From assembly GCA_964016885.1 (NCBI GenBank), contig OZ024742.1, positions 1,612,001 through 1,676,000 on the forward strand: a stretch of 64,000 bases of DNA, read 5' to 3'. The stretch's first letter is position 1. The number at the start of each line of letters is the position of its first letter. The stretch comes from Eledone cirrhosa (Eukaryota). Under the pieces are notes generated by a model that was given only the letters and a program-made list of their open reading frames with translations, was not told the origin of the DNA and ran no database searches. This document shows, piece after piece, positions 29,707 to 44,317 of the stretch. The position numbers were made by a program, and so were the translations under genes.

Positions 29707-30905
29707 TCGTTTCTGAATTTGTTTAGCAAGATTCTTTATCTGAAATCGTGTGTTGAAACCGATATTGTTATACTTTGGGAGGGTCATGTTGCCAATAAGA
29801 AACACACGCACCAGTTGCTTTCACTTCAATTTAATTTAATATATATTTATAAATTTACAAATTTATAAATTTCTGGTTGGTTGGTTGGTTCCACAACAAT
29901 ACAATCAATACAACCCCTAGAGGCGAACTAGCCTACAAATTTAGAAGGGCCCTAAAGAAACATAATCTCAATATTAAGATAGTAGAAAGACCTGGTACCT
30001 CCGTAAAAACACTTATTAGCAAGACATACCCGTTCCAAAGACCCTCATGTATAGATAAGAAATGTATAACCTGTAAAATAAGCCCCCATATTAACTGTAA
30101 AACTAGAAATGTAGTATATAGCATAAGATGTACTGAGGGACAATGTAGAAACAAAAATATAGTGTACATAGGTGAGACAGCTCGTAGTATAGGGGAACGA
30201 ATAAATGAACACTGGCGAGACCTCCAAGATAGTAAAGAATCATCTGTGCTCTACCAACATGCTAAGATAGAACACAGGGGTAAATTAGAGAGCATAGAAA
30301 TAAAAATAGAATCCACACACAAGAAAGACGCAATGTTTAGGCAAATTACAGAGGCAGTAAGCATAAAAGAATTAAAACCAAAATTAAATAGAAAATATGA
30401 GTGGAACAGCAACATCACAACTTACAATTAAGGACAAAATGAAAACACACACACACATATATAAACAACTTACAATTGAAAACACACACAAAATGAAAAC
30501 ACACACACACATAGAACAAACAACCAACCAACAATAAATAAATAAATAAACAAACAAATATAAATAGAAAAATAGAAAAATGAACACAAACACACACAGA
30601 CACCCGGATGTGGCGCATGCGCAAACTGAGCACGCAACCCACACACAAACAAAATGGCGTAGGATAGAAGAAAGGAAAGGCACAGAAACGAAGAAAGAAA
30701 TCCCCAGTCACTGAAGAGGTCACAGAGTGTGTGACGAAAGAACTATGACTATATATATATAAACAACTATCTGGTTGTGGAACCAACCAACCAACCAGAA
30801 ATTTATAAATTTGTAAATTTATAAATATATATTAAATTAAATTGAAGTGAAAGCAACTGGTGCGTGTGTTTCTTATTGGCAACATGACCCTCCCAAAGTA
30901 TAACA

Positions 30906-30910
<5 letters not shown>
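29707..30910 (+). mobile_element. Penelope-like element 3 (GIY-YIG only) with inverted terminal repeat
   Basis: ORF 29877-30431: CIDKKCITC linker, NVVYSIRC..YIGETARSIGERINEH; 29762-29897 inverted vs 30775-30909. Confidence 0.9.
30706..30750 (+). ncRNA. type I hammerhead ribozyme (PLE3)
   Basis: AGTCA-CTGAAGA-gGTCACAgagtgTGTGAC-GAAA-GAAC-TA-TGACT. Confidence 0.82.
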
Positions 30911-30977
<67 letters not shown>

Positions 30978-31054
30978 GTATATATATATATATGTATATA
31001 TATGTATATGTATTTATATATATATGTATATATATATATGTATATATATATATG

Positions 31055-31172
<118 letters not shown>

Positions 31173-31173
31173 T

Positions 31174-31720
31174 AAAGATAGACGGTAGCCACGGAATAGG
31201 CAGACCCAGAAAAACCTGGGGCGAGCTGAAAAACTCCGACCTCACACACTTACACCTCTCCAAGACAATGTCACTGGACCGAGACCTTTGGCGGTACTCA
31301 GTAATAGAGAAGACCCGCCTTACCTAAATACAAAGTAAAACCTACTACAGTCAGTAGGCATCTCTAACAAAATACAACCCCGGCCCACCACCCCCACCCC
31401 ATCCACACCGCCCCCTTCTATGTAAAGTTATGTTGGTGCCACACCATCCAGGCCGAAACAAATGAGATCGTGTAGGTGTCACGACAAAAAAACACACAGT
31501 CCACACTGTAATGTGGCCGTGTAGGCAACACGGTAAAAACCTCCCAGACCCACACTGTAAATGTGGTTGGTGTTAGGAAGGGCATCCAACTGTAGAAAAC
31601 CTGCCAGACAGTCCTATGCGAGCAAGACAATCACTCTTGCCTCAAGTGGGAAAATCCCCGTCCAAACCCATGCAAGCGTGGAACACGGACGTTAAACGTT
31701 GATGATGATGATGATGATGA
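31174..31720 (+). mobile_element. RTE LINE family 1, 3' end
   Basis: [15 protein letters not shown].. + 3' UTR + (GAT)n. Confidence 0.9.
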
Positions 31721-31724
31721 TATG

Positions 31725-31755
<31 letters not shown>

Positions 31756-31816
31756 CTATATATGTATATATATGTATATATATGTATATATGTATATGTA
31801 TATATGTATATATATG

Positions 31817-31853
<37 letters not shown>

Positions 31854-32106
31854 GTATATATGTATGTATATGTATATATATATGTATATATATATATATA
31901 TGTATATATATGTATATATATATATATGTATATATATGTATATATATATATATATGTATATATATGTATATATATATATATATATGTATATATATGTATA
32001 TATATATATGTATATATATGTATATATATGTATATATATATATATATATGTATATATATGTATATATATGTATATATATATATATGTATATATATGTATA
32101 TGTATA

Positions 32107-32151
<45 letters not shown>

Positions 32152-32152
32152 A

Positions 32153-32527
32153 TCATCATCATCGTCATCAACGTTTAACGTCCGTGTTCCACGCTTGCAT
32201 TGGTTTGGACGGGGGTAGTCCAACTTGAGGCAAGAGTGATTGTCTTGCTCGCATAGGACTGTCTGGCAGGTTTTCTACAGTTGGATGCCCTTCCTAACAC
32301 CAACCACATTTACAGTGTGGGTCTGGGAGGTTTTTACCGTGTTGCCTACACGGCCACATTAAAGCGTGGACTGTGTGTTTTTTTGTCGTGACACCTACAC
32401 AATCTCATTCGTTTCGGCCTGGATGGTGTGGCACCAACATAACTTTACATAGAACGGGGTGGTGTGGATGGGGTGGGGGTGGTGGGACGGGGGGGGGGGG
32501 GTATTTTCTTAGAGATGCCTACTGGCT
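32153..32527 (-). mobile_element. RTE LINE family 1, 3' UTR only
   Basis: Reverse complement of the 3' UTR; tail-to-tail with the 31174 copy. Confidence 0.88.
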
Positions 32528-32547
32528 GATATATATATATATATGTA

Positions 32548-32639
<92 letters not shown>

Positions 32640-32753
32640 CGTATATATGTATATATATATATGTATATATGTATATATATATGTATATATATGTATATAT
32701 GTGTATATATATGTATATATATGTATATATATATGTATATATATGTATATATG

Positions 32754-32784
<31 letters not shown>

Positions 32785-32809
32785 GTATATGTATATATAT
32801 GTATATATG

Positions 32810-32850
<41 letters not shown>

Positions 32851-32864
32851 GTATATACATATAT

Positions 32865-34092
32865 TTTTTTTTGTCACCAAAACTATGCCGTCGGCAAACT
32901 CAGCATCCGATACCTTTTTCGCCCTAACTCTCCTGCTCTGAGCCGCTGCTACAGTAAAGCCAGAGTCCTGGTGTTTCTCCAGTGCAAGCCGCATACAATA
33001 GCCCACTACGATGATAAAAAGGTAGGGAGCCAATGTATCTCCTTAGACCACTCCAGCCAGTATCTCCAAGAACTCTGTCATCCCATCAGGTGTAATGACT
33101 TGGGCTTTGGTGTTGGTGTAGAGCAGTGATATCAGGTCCACTATCTTCTTGGGGATTCCATAAGCCTGTAAGATCTTCATCAGGCAGTAACGGTCCACAG
33201 AATCAAAGGCCTTCCTAAAGTCAATGAAAACCATGAACGCAGGAAGGCACTTTGCTCTAGCTCCCTCTAATATCCTCCTCAGCATCAGGATGTGACTGGT
33301 GGTTGATCTAACCTCTCTGAAGCCGTTCTGGTTGTCCCTGAGCTTCTTCTCCATCTCAGGCTGGATCCTGATTTGATGCGGGAGGTTGAGACTGTGTCGA
33401 TGAGTGTGTGGCTGAGAATGAATGAGACTAAAACAAAATATCTGGTAGAGAATGTTGAGAAGCCAGAGGGGATCACTAATGTAGGCTGGAAGCCGCTAGA
33501 ATTGATTGAGGGCTTCCTGTATTTGGGAGCAAAGATTGGGAATACGGAAGATGATGTGGTTGAGAGGAAGTGCAAGGCCTGGGCGGCGTGCCACAGCTTG
33601 AGATCGGTGTGGAAGTCGGACCTTCGTAGAGACCTGAAATTCCGCATCTTCATTGGTATAGTTGAGTCTGTGCTGCTGTATGGGTCTGAGACTTGGACAC
33701 TGACCAACAAACTCACTCAAATGGTGGATGGGTGCTACAGGAGAATGCTGAGGATGACTCTGAACATTAATCAGTATACACTGAGGATGAAAAACTCAGA
33801 GCTGTATGCGAGCATCCCAAAAGTCAGCTCAAAAGTGACACAGAGGAGACTGAGGTTAGCTGGACATGCTCACCGACATCCAGAGTTTACATTGCACTCA
33901 GTGCTCCTTTGGGAGCCCCTACATGGACACACTAGAAGAGGAAGACCAAGGTTAACGTATGTTGATGCCCTGAGGACAGACACTGGTCTGTTGGAGACGC
34001 AGGACATGGCAGCGATAATGAGGGACAGAGACCGCTGGAGAGAACTCGTCCATGGATCTCGGGAATTTTACCCGGCTTAGAAAAAAAAAAAA
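32865..34092 (+). mobile_element. RTE LINE family 2 with 5' inversion and poly(A) end
   Basis: - strand ~33370->32870: [36 protein letters not shown]. + strand 33373-34080: LRMNETKTK, FLYLG, LLYGSETW, RRLRLAGH, GRPRLTY, stop followed by A12. Confidence 0.88.
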
Positions 34093-34095
34093 TGC

Positions 34096-34136
<41 letters not shown>

Positions 34137-34137
34137 C

Positions 34138-34198
<61 letters not shown>

Positions 34199-34205
34199 TG
34201 TATAT

Positions 34206-36751
34206 GACTGCGGAATCCTGGAGAGTGGAGGGGAGAGAGAGAAAAATCTGGACGCTGAGCGACAATGCCAAAGATAAAGACAAATTCACCTCTTGGACGA
34301 GAATGCGAGCACTCCTCATTGTTTCGACCGCGGACGGCTAACATAACCCCATCGCCCCCCCCCCCCCCTCCCCCCAATCCCCAAACGCAATCCAAAACTT
34401 CAGAGTTGGTACCATAAATGTAGGCACCCTAAAGGGTCGCGCTAACGAGGTTGTAGAAATGCTTGAACGTAAGGAGGTCGATGTTTGTGGTATTCAAGAG
34501 ACCAGGTGGAGGGGTGGGTCTGCTAGGTTCATTGAGGGTAAAAAACGATGTTATAAGCTTTTCTGGGTGGGAAACGACGATGGGCTGGGTGGAGTAGGAA
34601 TCATGGTAGCAGAAAAGTGGGCAGATAAGATAATAGACGTAAATAGAGTGAACGACAGAATAATTAAAATACGACTTGTCCTCAATAGAACTACGGTGAC
34701 AGTAATATCTGCGTACGCACCCCAATCCGGACTGCCCGGCACTATAAAAGACAGATTCTATGAGACACTGATGCTAACTACCTCCCAAATATCCGACAGT
34801 GACTATATAATTATCGCAGGCGACCTAAATGGTCACGTTGGACAACATTGTGACGGCTACGACGAAATCCATGGAGGCTATGGGTTTGGTACTAGAAATG
34901 AGGAAGGCTCCAGAATCCTGGAATTCTGTGATGCAAATAACCTAACTATCTGTAACACTAACTTCAAAAAACGTGACAATCACCTGATCACCTATAGATC
35001 CGGGGAACACACAAGCCAGGTAGATTATATCCTTACCAGAAGACGTGACAGAGTGTCTGTTGTAAACACTAAATCCCTCCCCCATGAAGAATGCACCTCC
35101 CAACATAGACTGATAATTAGCGACCTCATAGTCAGGACGAGACGTACTCGACAGCAGAAGAGGACTATCCTCAGGAGAAAAATATGGAAGCTAAAGGATC
35201 CCACAGCCAGGAATAAATTTCAAAGCATATTACTTGATGCTTTCGACAGTAAGGAAGAACATTTAGAGTCGGACAATATAGAGGGAGAATGGGAATTTCT
35301 GAAAGCAAACCTGCTGTTGGCGACATACGAAGTCTGTGGCTGGAGCAGGCCTGTAGGCAGGAGGAGAGTAACATGGTGGTGGAACAGTAAGGTGGAGGGG
35401 TCAATTAAGGCCAAAAAGCAGGCTTGGAAAGTATGGCGGGATGGGGGAAGTAGAGAAGACTATCAAGTGGCCAGGAGGGAAGCTAGGAGACAAGTGTACT
35501 TAGCAAGAAGGGAAGCTGAGGAAAGAAAGTTCAAGCATGTTCTACAACGCGATGACCAAAAACGTGAGGTGTTCAGGATTGCCAGGCAATGCGTCAAGGA
35601 AAACCGTGATATTGTCGGGGAGAAGTGTGTACTTAACGATGCTGGCATACTTGCCATCACCGACACTGATAAGAAGGTAGCTTGGAAGTGTCACTATGAA
35701 AGGCTACTAAATGAGGAGAATAAATGGGAGAAAGACAGTCTCCCCCATATCGACCCGATAGAGGGACCAGCAGTGTTAGTCGAGGGGAGTATAATAAGTA
35801 AGGCAATCAAGGATATGAAGACTGGTAAGGCGGCTGGGCCTTCGGAAATAGTTGCTGAGATGCTGAAGGCATCTGGCACGGTGGGACACACCATGGTCAC
35901 CCGCATAGTTAACCAAGTCGTACAGAATGGGGTTGTTCCGAAGGACTGGCATAGCAGCATCATCGTTAACTGTTATAAGGGTAAAGGAGACGCCCTAGAT
36001 AGGAGTAACTATAGAGGCATTAAATTAATCGACCAGGTCATGAAGGTCACGGAAAAAGTAATAGCGCAACTAATCAGAGAGAGAATTGATCTAGATGAAA
36101 TGCAGTTCGGGTTTGTGTCAGGCAAAAGTACCACAGACGCTCTTTTCATAGTACGACAACTACAGGATGCGCATGAAAGTCGATAGCTGTATAACAAAGT
36201 GCAGGGCAATAAAGATAGACGGTAGTCACGGAATAGGCAGACCTAGAAAAACCTGGGACGAGCTGATAAACTCCGACATCACACACTTACACCTCTCCAA
36301 GACAATGTCACTGGACCGAGACCTTTGGCGGTACTCAGTAACAGAGAAGACCCGCCTTACCTAAATATATAGTAAAACCTACTCCAGCCAGTAGGCATCT
36401 CTAACAAAATACACCCCGTCCCACCACCACCACCCCCACCCCATCCACACCACCCCGTTCTATGTAAAGTTATGTTGGTGCCGCGCCATCGAGGCCGAAA
36501 AAAATGAGATCGTGTAGGTGTCACGATAAAAAAACACACAGTCCACGCTGTAATGTGGCCGTGTAGGCAACACGGTAAAAACCTCCCAGACCCACACTAT
36601 AAATGTGGTTGGTGTTAGGAAGGGCATCCAACTGTAGAAAACCTGCCAGACAGTCCTATGCGAGCAAGATAATCACTCTTGCCTCAAGTGGGACTACCCC
36701 CGTCCAAACCCATGCAAGCGTGGAACACGGACGTTAAACGTTGATGATGAT
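34206..36751 (+). mobile_element. RTE LINE family 1 with 5' end/APE endonuclease and a ~1070-bp internal deletion
   Basis: FRVGTINVGTL, GIQETRW, SAYAPQ, IAGDLNGHVG, QVDYIL, SQHRLI (APE); jumps from ..RQLQ to MRMKVD at ~36167. Confidence 0.92.
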
Positions 36752-36758
36752 ATATATG

Positions 36759-36882
<124 letters not shown>

Positions 36883-37216
36883 TGTATAAATATATATATG
36901 TATATATATATATATATATATGTATAGAGAATTAGTATATTTACCAACATATGCGTATAGATGTACACTAATGCTAGCAAATACATAAGTTATGTCATAG
37001 TACCTAGGTGGTTCTATGCAGGGGGATGCAGAACAATTATATGAAAGACGTAAAATAAGAAAATTTTATAAATTAAAAATTAACTTACTTAATATATATG
37101 TATATATATGTATATATATATGTGTATATATGTATATATATATATATATATGTATATGTATATGTATATATATATGTATATGTATATATATATGTATATA
37201 TATGTATATATATATG

Positions 37217-37253
<37 letters not shown>

Positions 37254-37360
37254 GTATATATATATATGTATATATATATATGTATATATATATATGTATA
37301 TATATATGTATATATATGTATATATATATACATATATATATACATATATATACATATATA

Positions 37361-39883
37361 TAGAGGGACAATATAGAGGGACAGTGGAAATTTCTGAAAG
37401 CAAACCTGCTGTTGGCGACAGACGAAGTCTGTGGCTGGAGCAGGCCTGTAGGCAGGAGGAGAGTAACATGGTGGTGGAACAATAGGGTGGAGGGGTCAAT
37501 TAAGGCCAAAAAGCAGGCTTGGAAAGTATGGCGGGATGGGGGAAGTAGAGTAGACTATCAAGTGGCCAGGAGGGAAGCTAGGAGAGAAGTGTACTTAGCA
37601 AGAAGGGAAGCTGAGGAAAGAAAGTTCAAGCATGTTCTACAACGCGATGACCAAAAACGTGAGGTGTTCAGGATTGCCAGGCAATGCGTCAAGGAAAACC
37701 GTGATATTGTCGGGGAGAAGTGTGTACTTAACGATGATGGCATACTTGCCATCACCGACACTGATAAGAAGGTAGCTTGGAAGTGTCACTATGAAAGGCT
37801 ACTAAATGAGGAGAATAAATGGGAGAAAGACAGTCTCCCCCATATCGACCCGATAGAGGGACCAGCAGTGTTAGTCGAGGGGAGTATAATAAGTAAGGCA
37901 ATCAAGGATATGAAGACTGGTAAGGCGGCTGGGCCTTCGGAAATAGTTGCTGAGATGCTGAAGGCATCTGGCACGGTGGGACACACCATGGTCACCCGCA
38001 TAGTTAACCAAGTCGTACAGAATGGGGTTGTTCCGAAGGACTGGCATAGCAGCATCATCGTTAACTGTTATAAGGGTAAAGGAGATGCCCTAGATAGGAG
38101 TAACTATAGAGGCATTAAATTAATCGACCAGGTCATGAAGGTCACGGAAAAAGTAATAGCGCAACTAATCAGAGAGAGAATTGATCTAGATGAAATGCAG
38201 TTCGGGTTTGTGTCAGGCAAAAGCACCACAGACGCTCTTTTCATAGTACGACAACTACAGGAGAAGTACCTAGCTAAAGGTAAACCCCTCTACTTAGCTT
38301 TTGTCGACCTGGAGAAAGCCTTCGACAGAGTCCCCCGCTCCATTATCTGGTGGGCTCTTAGAAAACTAGGCGTTGACGAATGGCTTGTGAGGGCTATACA
38401 AGCCATGTATAAAGAAACAGTCAGCAAGGTTAGAATTAACAACGAATATAGTGAAGAGTTTAGCGTAAAAGTTGGCGTCCATCAGGGCTCTGTTCTCAGC
38501 CCCCTACTATTTATTATTGCCCTTCAGGCTATAACAGAGGAGTTCAAGACAGGCTACCCATGGGAACTCCTATACGCAGACGACCTGACACTCATAGCGG
38601 AATCAATGGCCGAGCTAGAGAAGAAATTCCAAACATGGAAGCACGGCCTAGAGTCAAAAGGACTTAAAATTAACCTGGCTAAGACCAAAGTTCTAGTTTG
38701 TAGGAAAGAAAACAAGGCGGCGGTCCCTTCTGGGAAATGGTCGTGCTCGGTATGTAGGAAAGGCGTAGGTAGAAACTCCATCTTATGTCCTAAATGCAAA
38801 GTATGGGTGCATAAAAGATGTAGTGGGATCACAGGTAAGCTAACTAAGAACATAGACTTTACATGTGGCCGGTGTTCTGGTGCAATAAGTAGCAGCAAGT
38901 GCCCACAAAATACTAGCTCTTTCAATTGCGCAGAGGGTTCTATAGAAATAGTGGACAGCTTCCGTTACCTGGGCGATAAAATCAGCAGTGGGGGAGGGTG
39001 CTCTGAAAGTACTGTAGCTAGAGTCAGAACTGGTTGGAAAAAGTTCAGAGAGCTTATACCACTATTAGCTGCTAAAGGGTTCTCCCTAAAAATGAAAGGC
39101 AGGTTGTACGATGCCTGCATACGAACAGCAATGTTGCATGGTAGTGAGACCTGGGCATTGTGTGCAGAGGATATACGCAGACTAGAGAGGAACGAAGCTT
39201 GCATGCTCCGCTGGATGTGTAACAGTAATATACGTGAACGGCAAAGCATAAACGAACTAAGGAAAAAATTAGAGATAAGAGGGATCAGATGTTGTTTACT
39301 CGAGAGAAGGCTGCGTTGGTATGGACACGTGATGCGCATGAAAGTCGATAGCTGTATTACAAAGTGCAGGGCAATAAAGATAGACGGTAGCCACGGAATA
39401 GGCAGACCTAGAAAAACATGGGATGAGCTGATAAACTCCGACCTCACACACTTACACCTCTCCAAGACAATGTCACTGGACCGTGACCTTTGGCGGTACT
39501 CAGTAACAGAGAAGACCCGCCTTGCCAGTAGGCATCTCTAACAAACTACACCCCGTCCCGCCACCACCCCCACCCCATCCACACCACCCCGTTCTATGTA
39601 AAGTTATGTTGGTGCCGCGCCATCCAGGCCGAAACAAATGAGATCGTGTAGGTGTCACGACAAAAAAACACACAGTCCACGCTGTAATGTGGCCGTGTAG
39701 GCAACACGGTAAAAACCTCCCAGACCCACACTGTAAATGTGGTTGGTGTTAGGAAGGGCATCCAACTGTAGAAAACCTGCCAGACAGTCCTATGCGAGCA
39801 AGACAATCACTCTTGCCTCAAGTGGGACTACCCCCGTCCAAACCCATGCAAGCGTGGAACACGGACGTTAAACGTTGATGATG

Positions 39884-39885
<2 letters not shown>
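37361..39885 (+). mobile_element. RTE LINE family 1, RT ORF intact (37412-39541) with PHD-like insertion
   Basis: NYRGIKL, QFGF, FVDLEKAFDRVPR, GVHQGSVLSPLLF, LLYADD, FRYLG; CSVC-CPKC-HKRC-CGRC at 38738-38875. Confidence 0.95.
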
Positions 39886-39952
<67 letters not shown>

Positions 39953-40302
39953 GGTATATATATGTATATGTATATATATGTATATATATATATATATGTA
40001 TATATATAGGTATATATATGTATATGTATATATATGTATATATATATATATATGTATATATATATGTATATATATATATATATGTATATATGTATATATA
40101 TATGTATATGTATATATATATATATGTATATGTATATATATATATACGTATATATATATGTATATATATATGTATATATATATGTATATATATATGTATA
40201 TATATATGTATATATATATGTAAATATATATGTAAATATATATATATGTATATATATATATATGTATATATATATGTATAAATATATGTATATATATATA
40301 TT

Positions 40303-40338
40303 TCGTTTCTGAATGACCCTCCCAAAGTATAACAATAT
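40303..40338 (+). mobile_element. collapsed remnant of PLE3-family termini
   Basis: cgtttctgaat (=29708-29718) fused to atgaccctcccaaagtataacaatat (=30883-30909). Confidence 0.7.
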
Positions 40339-40401
40339 ATATATATATATATGTGTATATATATATGTATATATATATATATATGTATGTATATATATAT
40401 G

Positions 40402-40454
<53 letters not shown>

Positions 40455-40479
40455 ATATGTATGTATATATATATGTATA

Positions 40480-43075
40480 TACATGGAAAGTTATATTTAA
40501 ATTGTTGGGTTAACAACGAGTAAATATTTATAACTGATATAAAAGCACTCAACAAGTATTTGGAGTATATTTTTGATATTAAATAAATGGAAACAATATT
40601 TATAAAACCATATTTATTTCGTTATATATATTTCAGGGATATCATATTAACAATATGTTATGCCATCTTCAGACAAAATACAATATAAACAGTCTTATAA
40701 ATAATCTTATAAATAAATAGATACGACATACCTTTCAATCACCTTGCATTTGTGAGGTTGATTTGGCAGTAAAAAATATTGTGGACAGTTGTAAAAAGAA
40801 AGAGATAAAGAGAGAAAGAAAGAGAAACGAAGAAAAAGAAGAAATGTATGTGACTAAATAGAGGGATATAGAAAGATAGATAAAGAGAAGAACTTCATGT
40901 AAAGAAACAGAGAGAAATATATATAGAGAGAGGAAAAAAAGAAAGAGATAGATAGAGATAGATAGAGAAATTAGGAAGTTGAGTATCGGTTGATACATTT
41001 ATTTATTTATTTATTTATATATTTAGCTCTAGTATTAATGTAAAGAGAGATGTATGTAGTTAAGAGAGAAAATAGCCGTTATATAGAGAGAAAAAAGAGA
41101 AAATGAAAAAGAGAAAATGAAACATAACCAGACATAAACGATGCAGAATTTAAAACTGCTATGTTTTATCCGTAGAAAATATTAGTTCGTATAAAACAGG
41201 CATTATAATGTAAGTACCAGTATTCATGAATGAGGCATGTATCTATAATGTGTGAGAAGTAATGATCTTATGTCTAGTTTTTAAAAATTCATATGTTTAT
41301 ATCATAATTATAAACAAACTCCCAATTCACACAAAAACATTCTCATTGTGCTATAAAAATTCAAGTATACATATATGTGCGTATATATACACATATAAAT
41401 AGAGTCTATATTAATTTTAACAATACTATTCTTGTCTTTACTCTACATGATTTTCGATCAAGCAGAAATAGAGAACAGATTTCAATATATTAATAAAAAT
41501 AAATATAAATAAAAATAAAGATAAAAATAAAAATATCAGAGACAAGAAAATAAATAAATAAACAGAAAACTAAAACATTTAATATTAAAAATAAAAAATA
41601 TTACAAAATATTAAAAAATATTAAAAAATATTAAAAAATATTAAAAAATAATACAAATAAAACACAGAGATCAGCCTTTCAAGGTTAATTGACAATATAT
41701 TGCCAAGATCATCATAAGCATCAGAGTCGAAACAGATAAAACAAAAATTGTTTACCAAATCCTGTCTAGCAGAAATCATTCCAAAAGTTTAGGATACCCA
41801 TTTGGTCTACATATGTTCTTATATATAATATAGAAGTTTATCTAGTTTAAAATTTAATTCGATATATTTGGAGCATCAGCTATTAGGGTAGTTTAATTAT
41901 TCATGAAGAATGTTTTAATAAAAAGAATGTTTTAATAAAAAGAAGAAATCGAAAGATTTATCGGCTAGTTTCATAAATAATTACAAATCAAATCAAAACA
42001 AACATAACTACATTTTAAATTTAAATTTATATTTAAACGTTGAGTTCAATCTATGTCTGCAGCAACTGAATAAATTTGTCCGTAGATTAAGGGAATTTTT
42101 AGATTTTAGTATAAAGAATATCTCCTCCGCACAGAGGTCACATGTCTCAGAGGATGAATTAAAAGGAATCCCCCTTGAAACTATATTCCAAGTCGTCGAA
42201 TATCTAACGTTATCATGCCTAAGTTGCCAGAGTACGCCTGATAGTGCTGTTGAAGATTTTTTGGATGGATCTGTGAAAGAATTCTTGTGGTTGTTATAGC
42301 GAAGTTTAAATTCCGTCGATGTAGAACCAACGTAGTTAAAAGAATTAATGTCCGTTTTAACGTTACAGTTGTATATTATATTTTTAACTAAGCAGTTGTT
42401 ATTTAACGGACATTTAGATCTATCTCTACAGTTACATTTGTTAACTTGGATATTATTTATGGTATTATCGCTAGGTTTTAAGTTCCTGTTATTTATTCTA
42501 TTAATATTTTGCGCTAAATTTTTGGTGGATGAGTAGGTTAGTTTTATAGTATGTCTATTGAAAATTGAGTGATACCTATGTGTTCTAGGGAAGCGATTAT
42601 CGAGAGCTTTAAAAAATAGTTTAGCAATGTGGGTTTTAATGTTTAGTGAGAAAGGGGGGGCAAACCATATTATATTCCTAGTTCTATTTCTTTTATGGCT
42701 TTTGGAATTATTGTAATGCTTTCTATTATAGTTGTTAAGGTTGTGGCCATAATTAAAATAGTTGTTATTTTGTTTAATTTGTTTATCATTATCTATGTAC
42801 ATAATTTTATCACTATATCCTGTTCTAGCTAACGCTTCATTGTAATAATGGGCTTTTTCGTCGAAAATCTTTTTATTAGATGAGATTCTAGAGATACGTG
42901 ATTGAACAGAGTTTACTATAGTATTTTTAACAGATTTGGGGTGGTTAGAGTTAAAGCTGACATAGTTTAAGTTTTCATTCAACTTGTGAAATGGATAGTG
43001 AAGACATGTGTTGAGATTTAATGTTATATCTAGGAAGTTGACTATTCTATGGTTATTCTCAATTTCTATTTTTAT
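40480..43075 (-). mobile_element. Penelope-like element 4 (Hydra-type), 5'-truncated
   Basis: ORF ~43075->42008: [61 protein letters not shown]; long AT-rich 3' region with HHR. Confidence 0.9.
40615..40680 (-). ncRNA. type I hammerhead ribozyme (PLE4)
   Basis: Minus strand: TATTTTGT-CTGAAGA-[tggcataaCATATTgttAATATGatatccct]-GAAA-TATATA-TA-ACGAAATA. Confidence 0.78.
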
Positions 43076-43282
43076 ATATATATACATATATATATGTATA
43101 TATATACATATATATATACATATATATATACATATATATATATACATATATATATGTATATATGTATATATATACATATATATATGTATATATATATATA
43201 TACATGTATATATATATATGTTTATATATATATATGTGTATATATATATGTTTATATATATATGTTTATATATGTATATATA

Positions 43283-43313
<31 letters not shown>

Positions 43314-43365
43314 GGAATGTATATATATATGTATATATATATATATGTTTATATATATATATAGG

Positions 43366-43398
<33 letters not shown>

Positions 43399-44009
43399 GT
43401 ATGTATATATATATGTATATATATATGTTTATATATGTATATATATATGTTTATATATATATATATATAGGTATGTATATATATGTATATATATATATAT
43501 GTATATATATATGTTTATATATATATAGGTATGTATATATATATATATATATATATAGGTATATATATGTATATATACATCTATATATATGTATATATAT
43601 GTATGTATATATGTATGTATATATATATGTATATGTATATATATATGTATATGTATATATATGTATGTATATATATATATGTATATGTATATATATATGT
43701 ATATATATATGTATATATATGTATATATATTTGTTTATATATGTATATATATGTATATATATGTATATATATATATGTATATATATATATGTATATATAT
43801 ATGTATATATATAGGTATATATATGTATATATATATGTATATATATATGTATATATATGTATATATATATGTATATATATGTATATATATATGTATATAT
43901 ATATCTATATATATATATATATATATATGTGTATATATATATATATATGTGTATATATATATATATATGTGTATATATATATATATGTGTATATATATAT
44001 ATATATGTG

Positions 44010-44042
<33 letters not shown>

Positions 44043-44317
44043 GTATATATATATCTATTTATATGTATACATATGTATATATATATGTATATATATGTAT
44101 ATATATCCATATATATATGTATATATATCCATATATATATGTATATATATCCATATATATATGTATATATATATGTATATATATGTATATATATCTATAT
44201 ATATATGTATGTATATATATCTATATATATATGTATGTATATCTATATATGTATGTATATATATCTATATATATATGTATGTATATCTATATATATATGT
44301 ATATATATCTATATATA

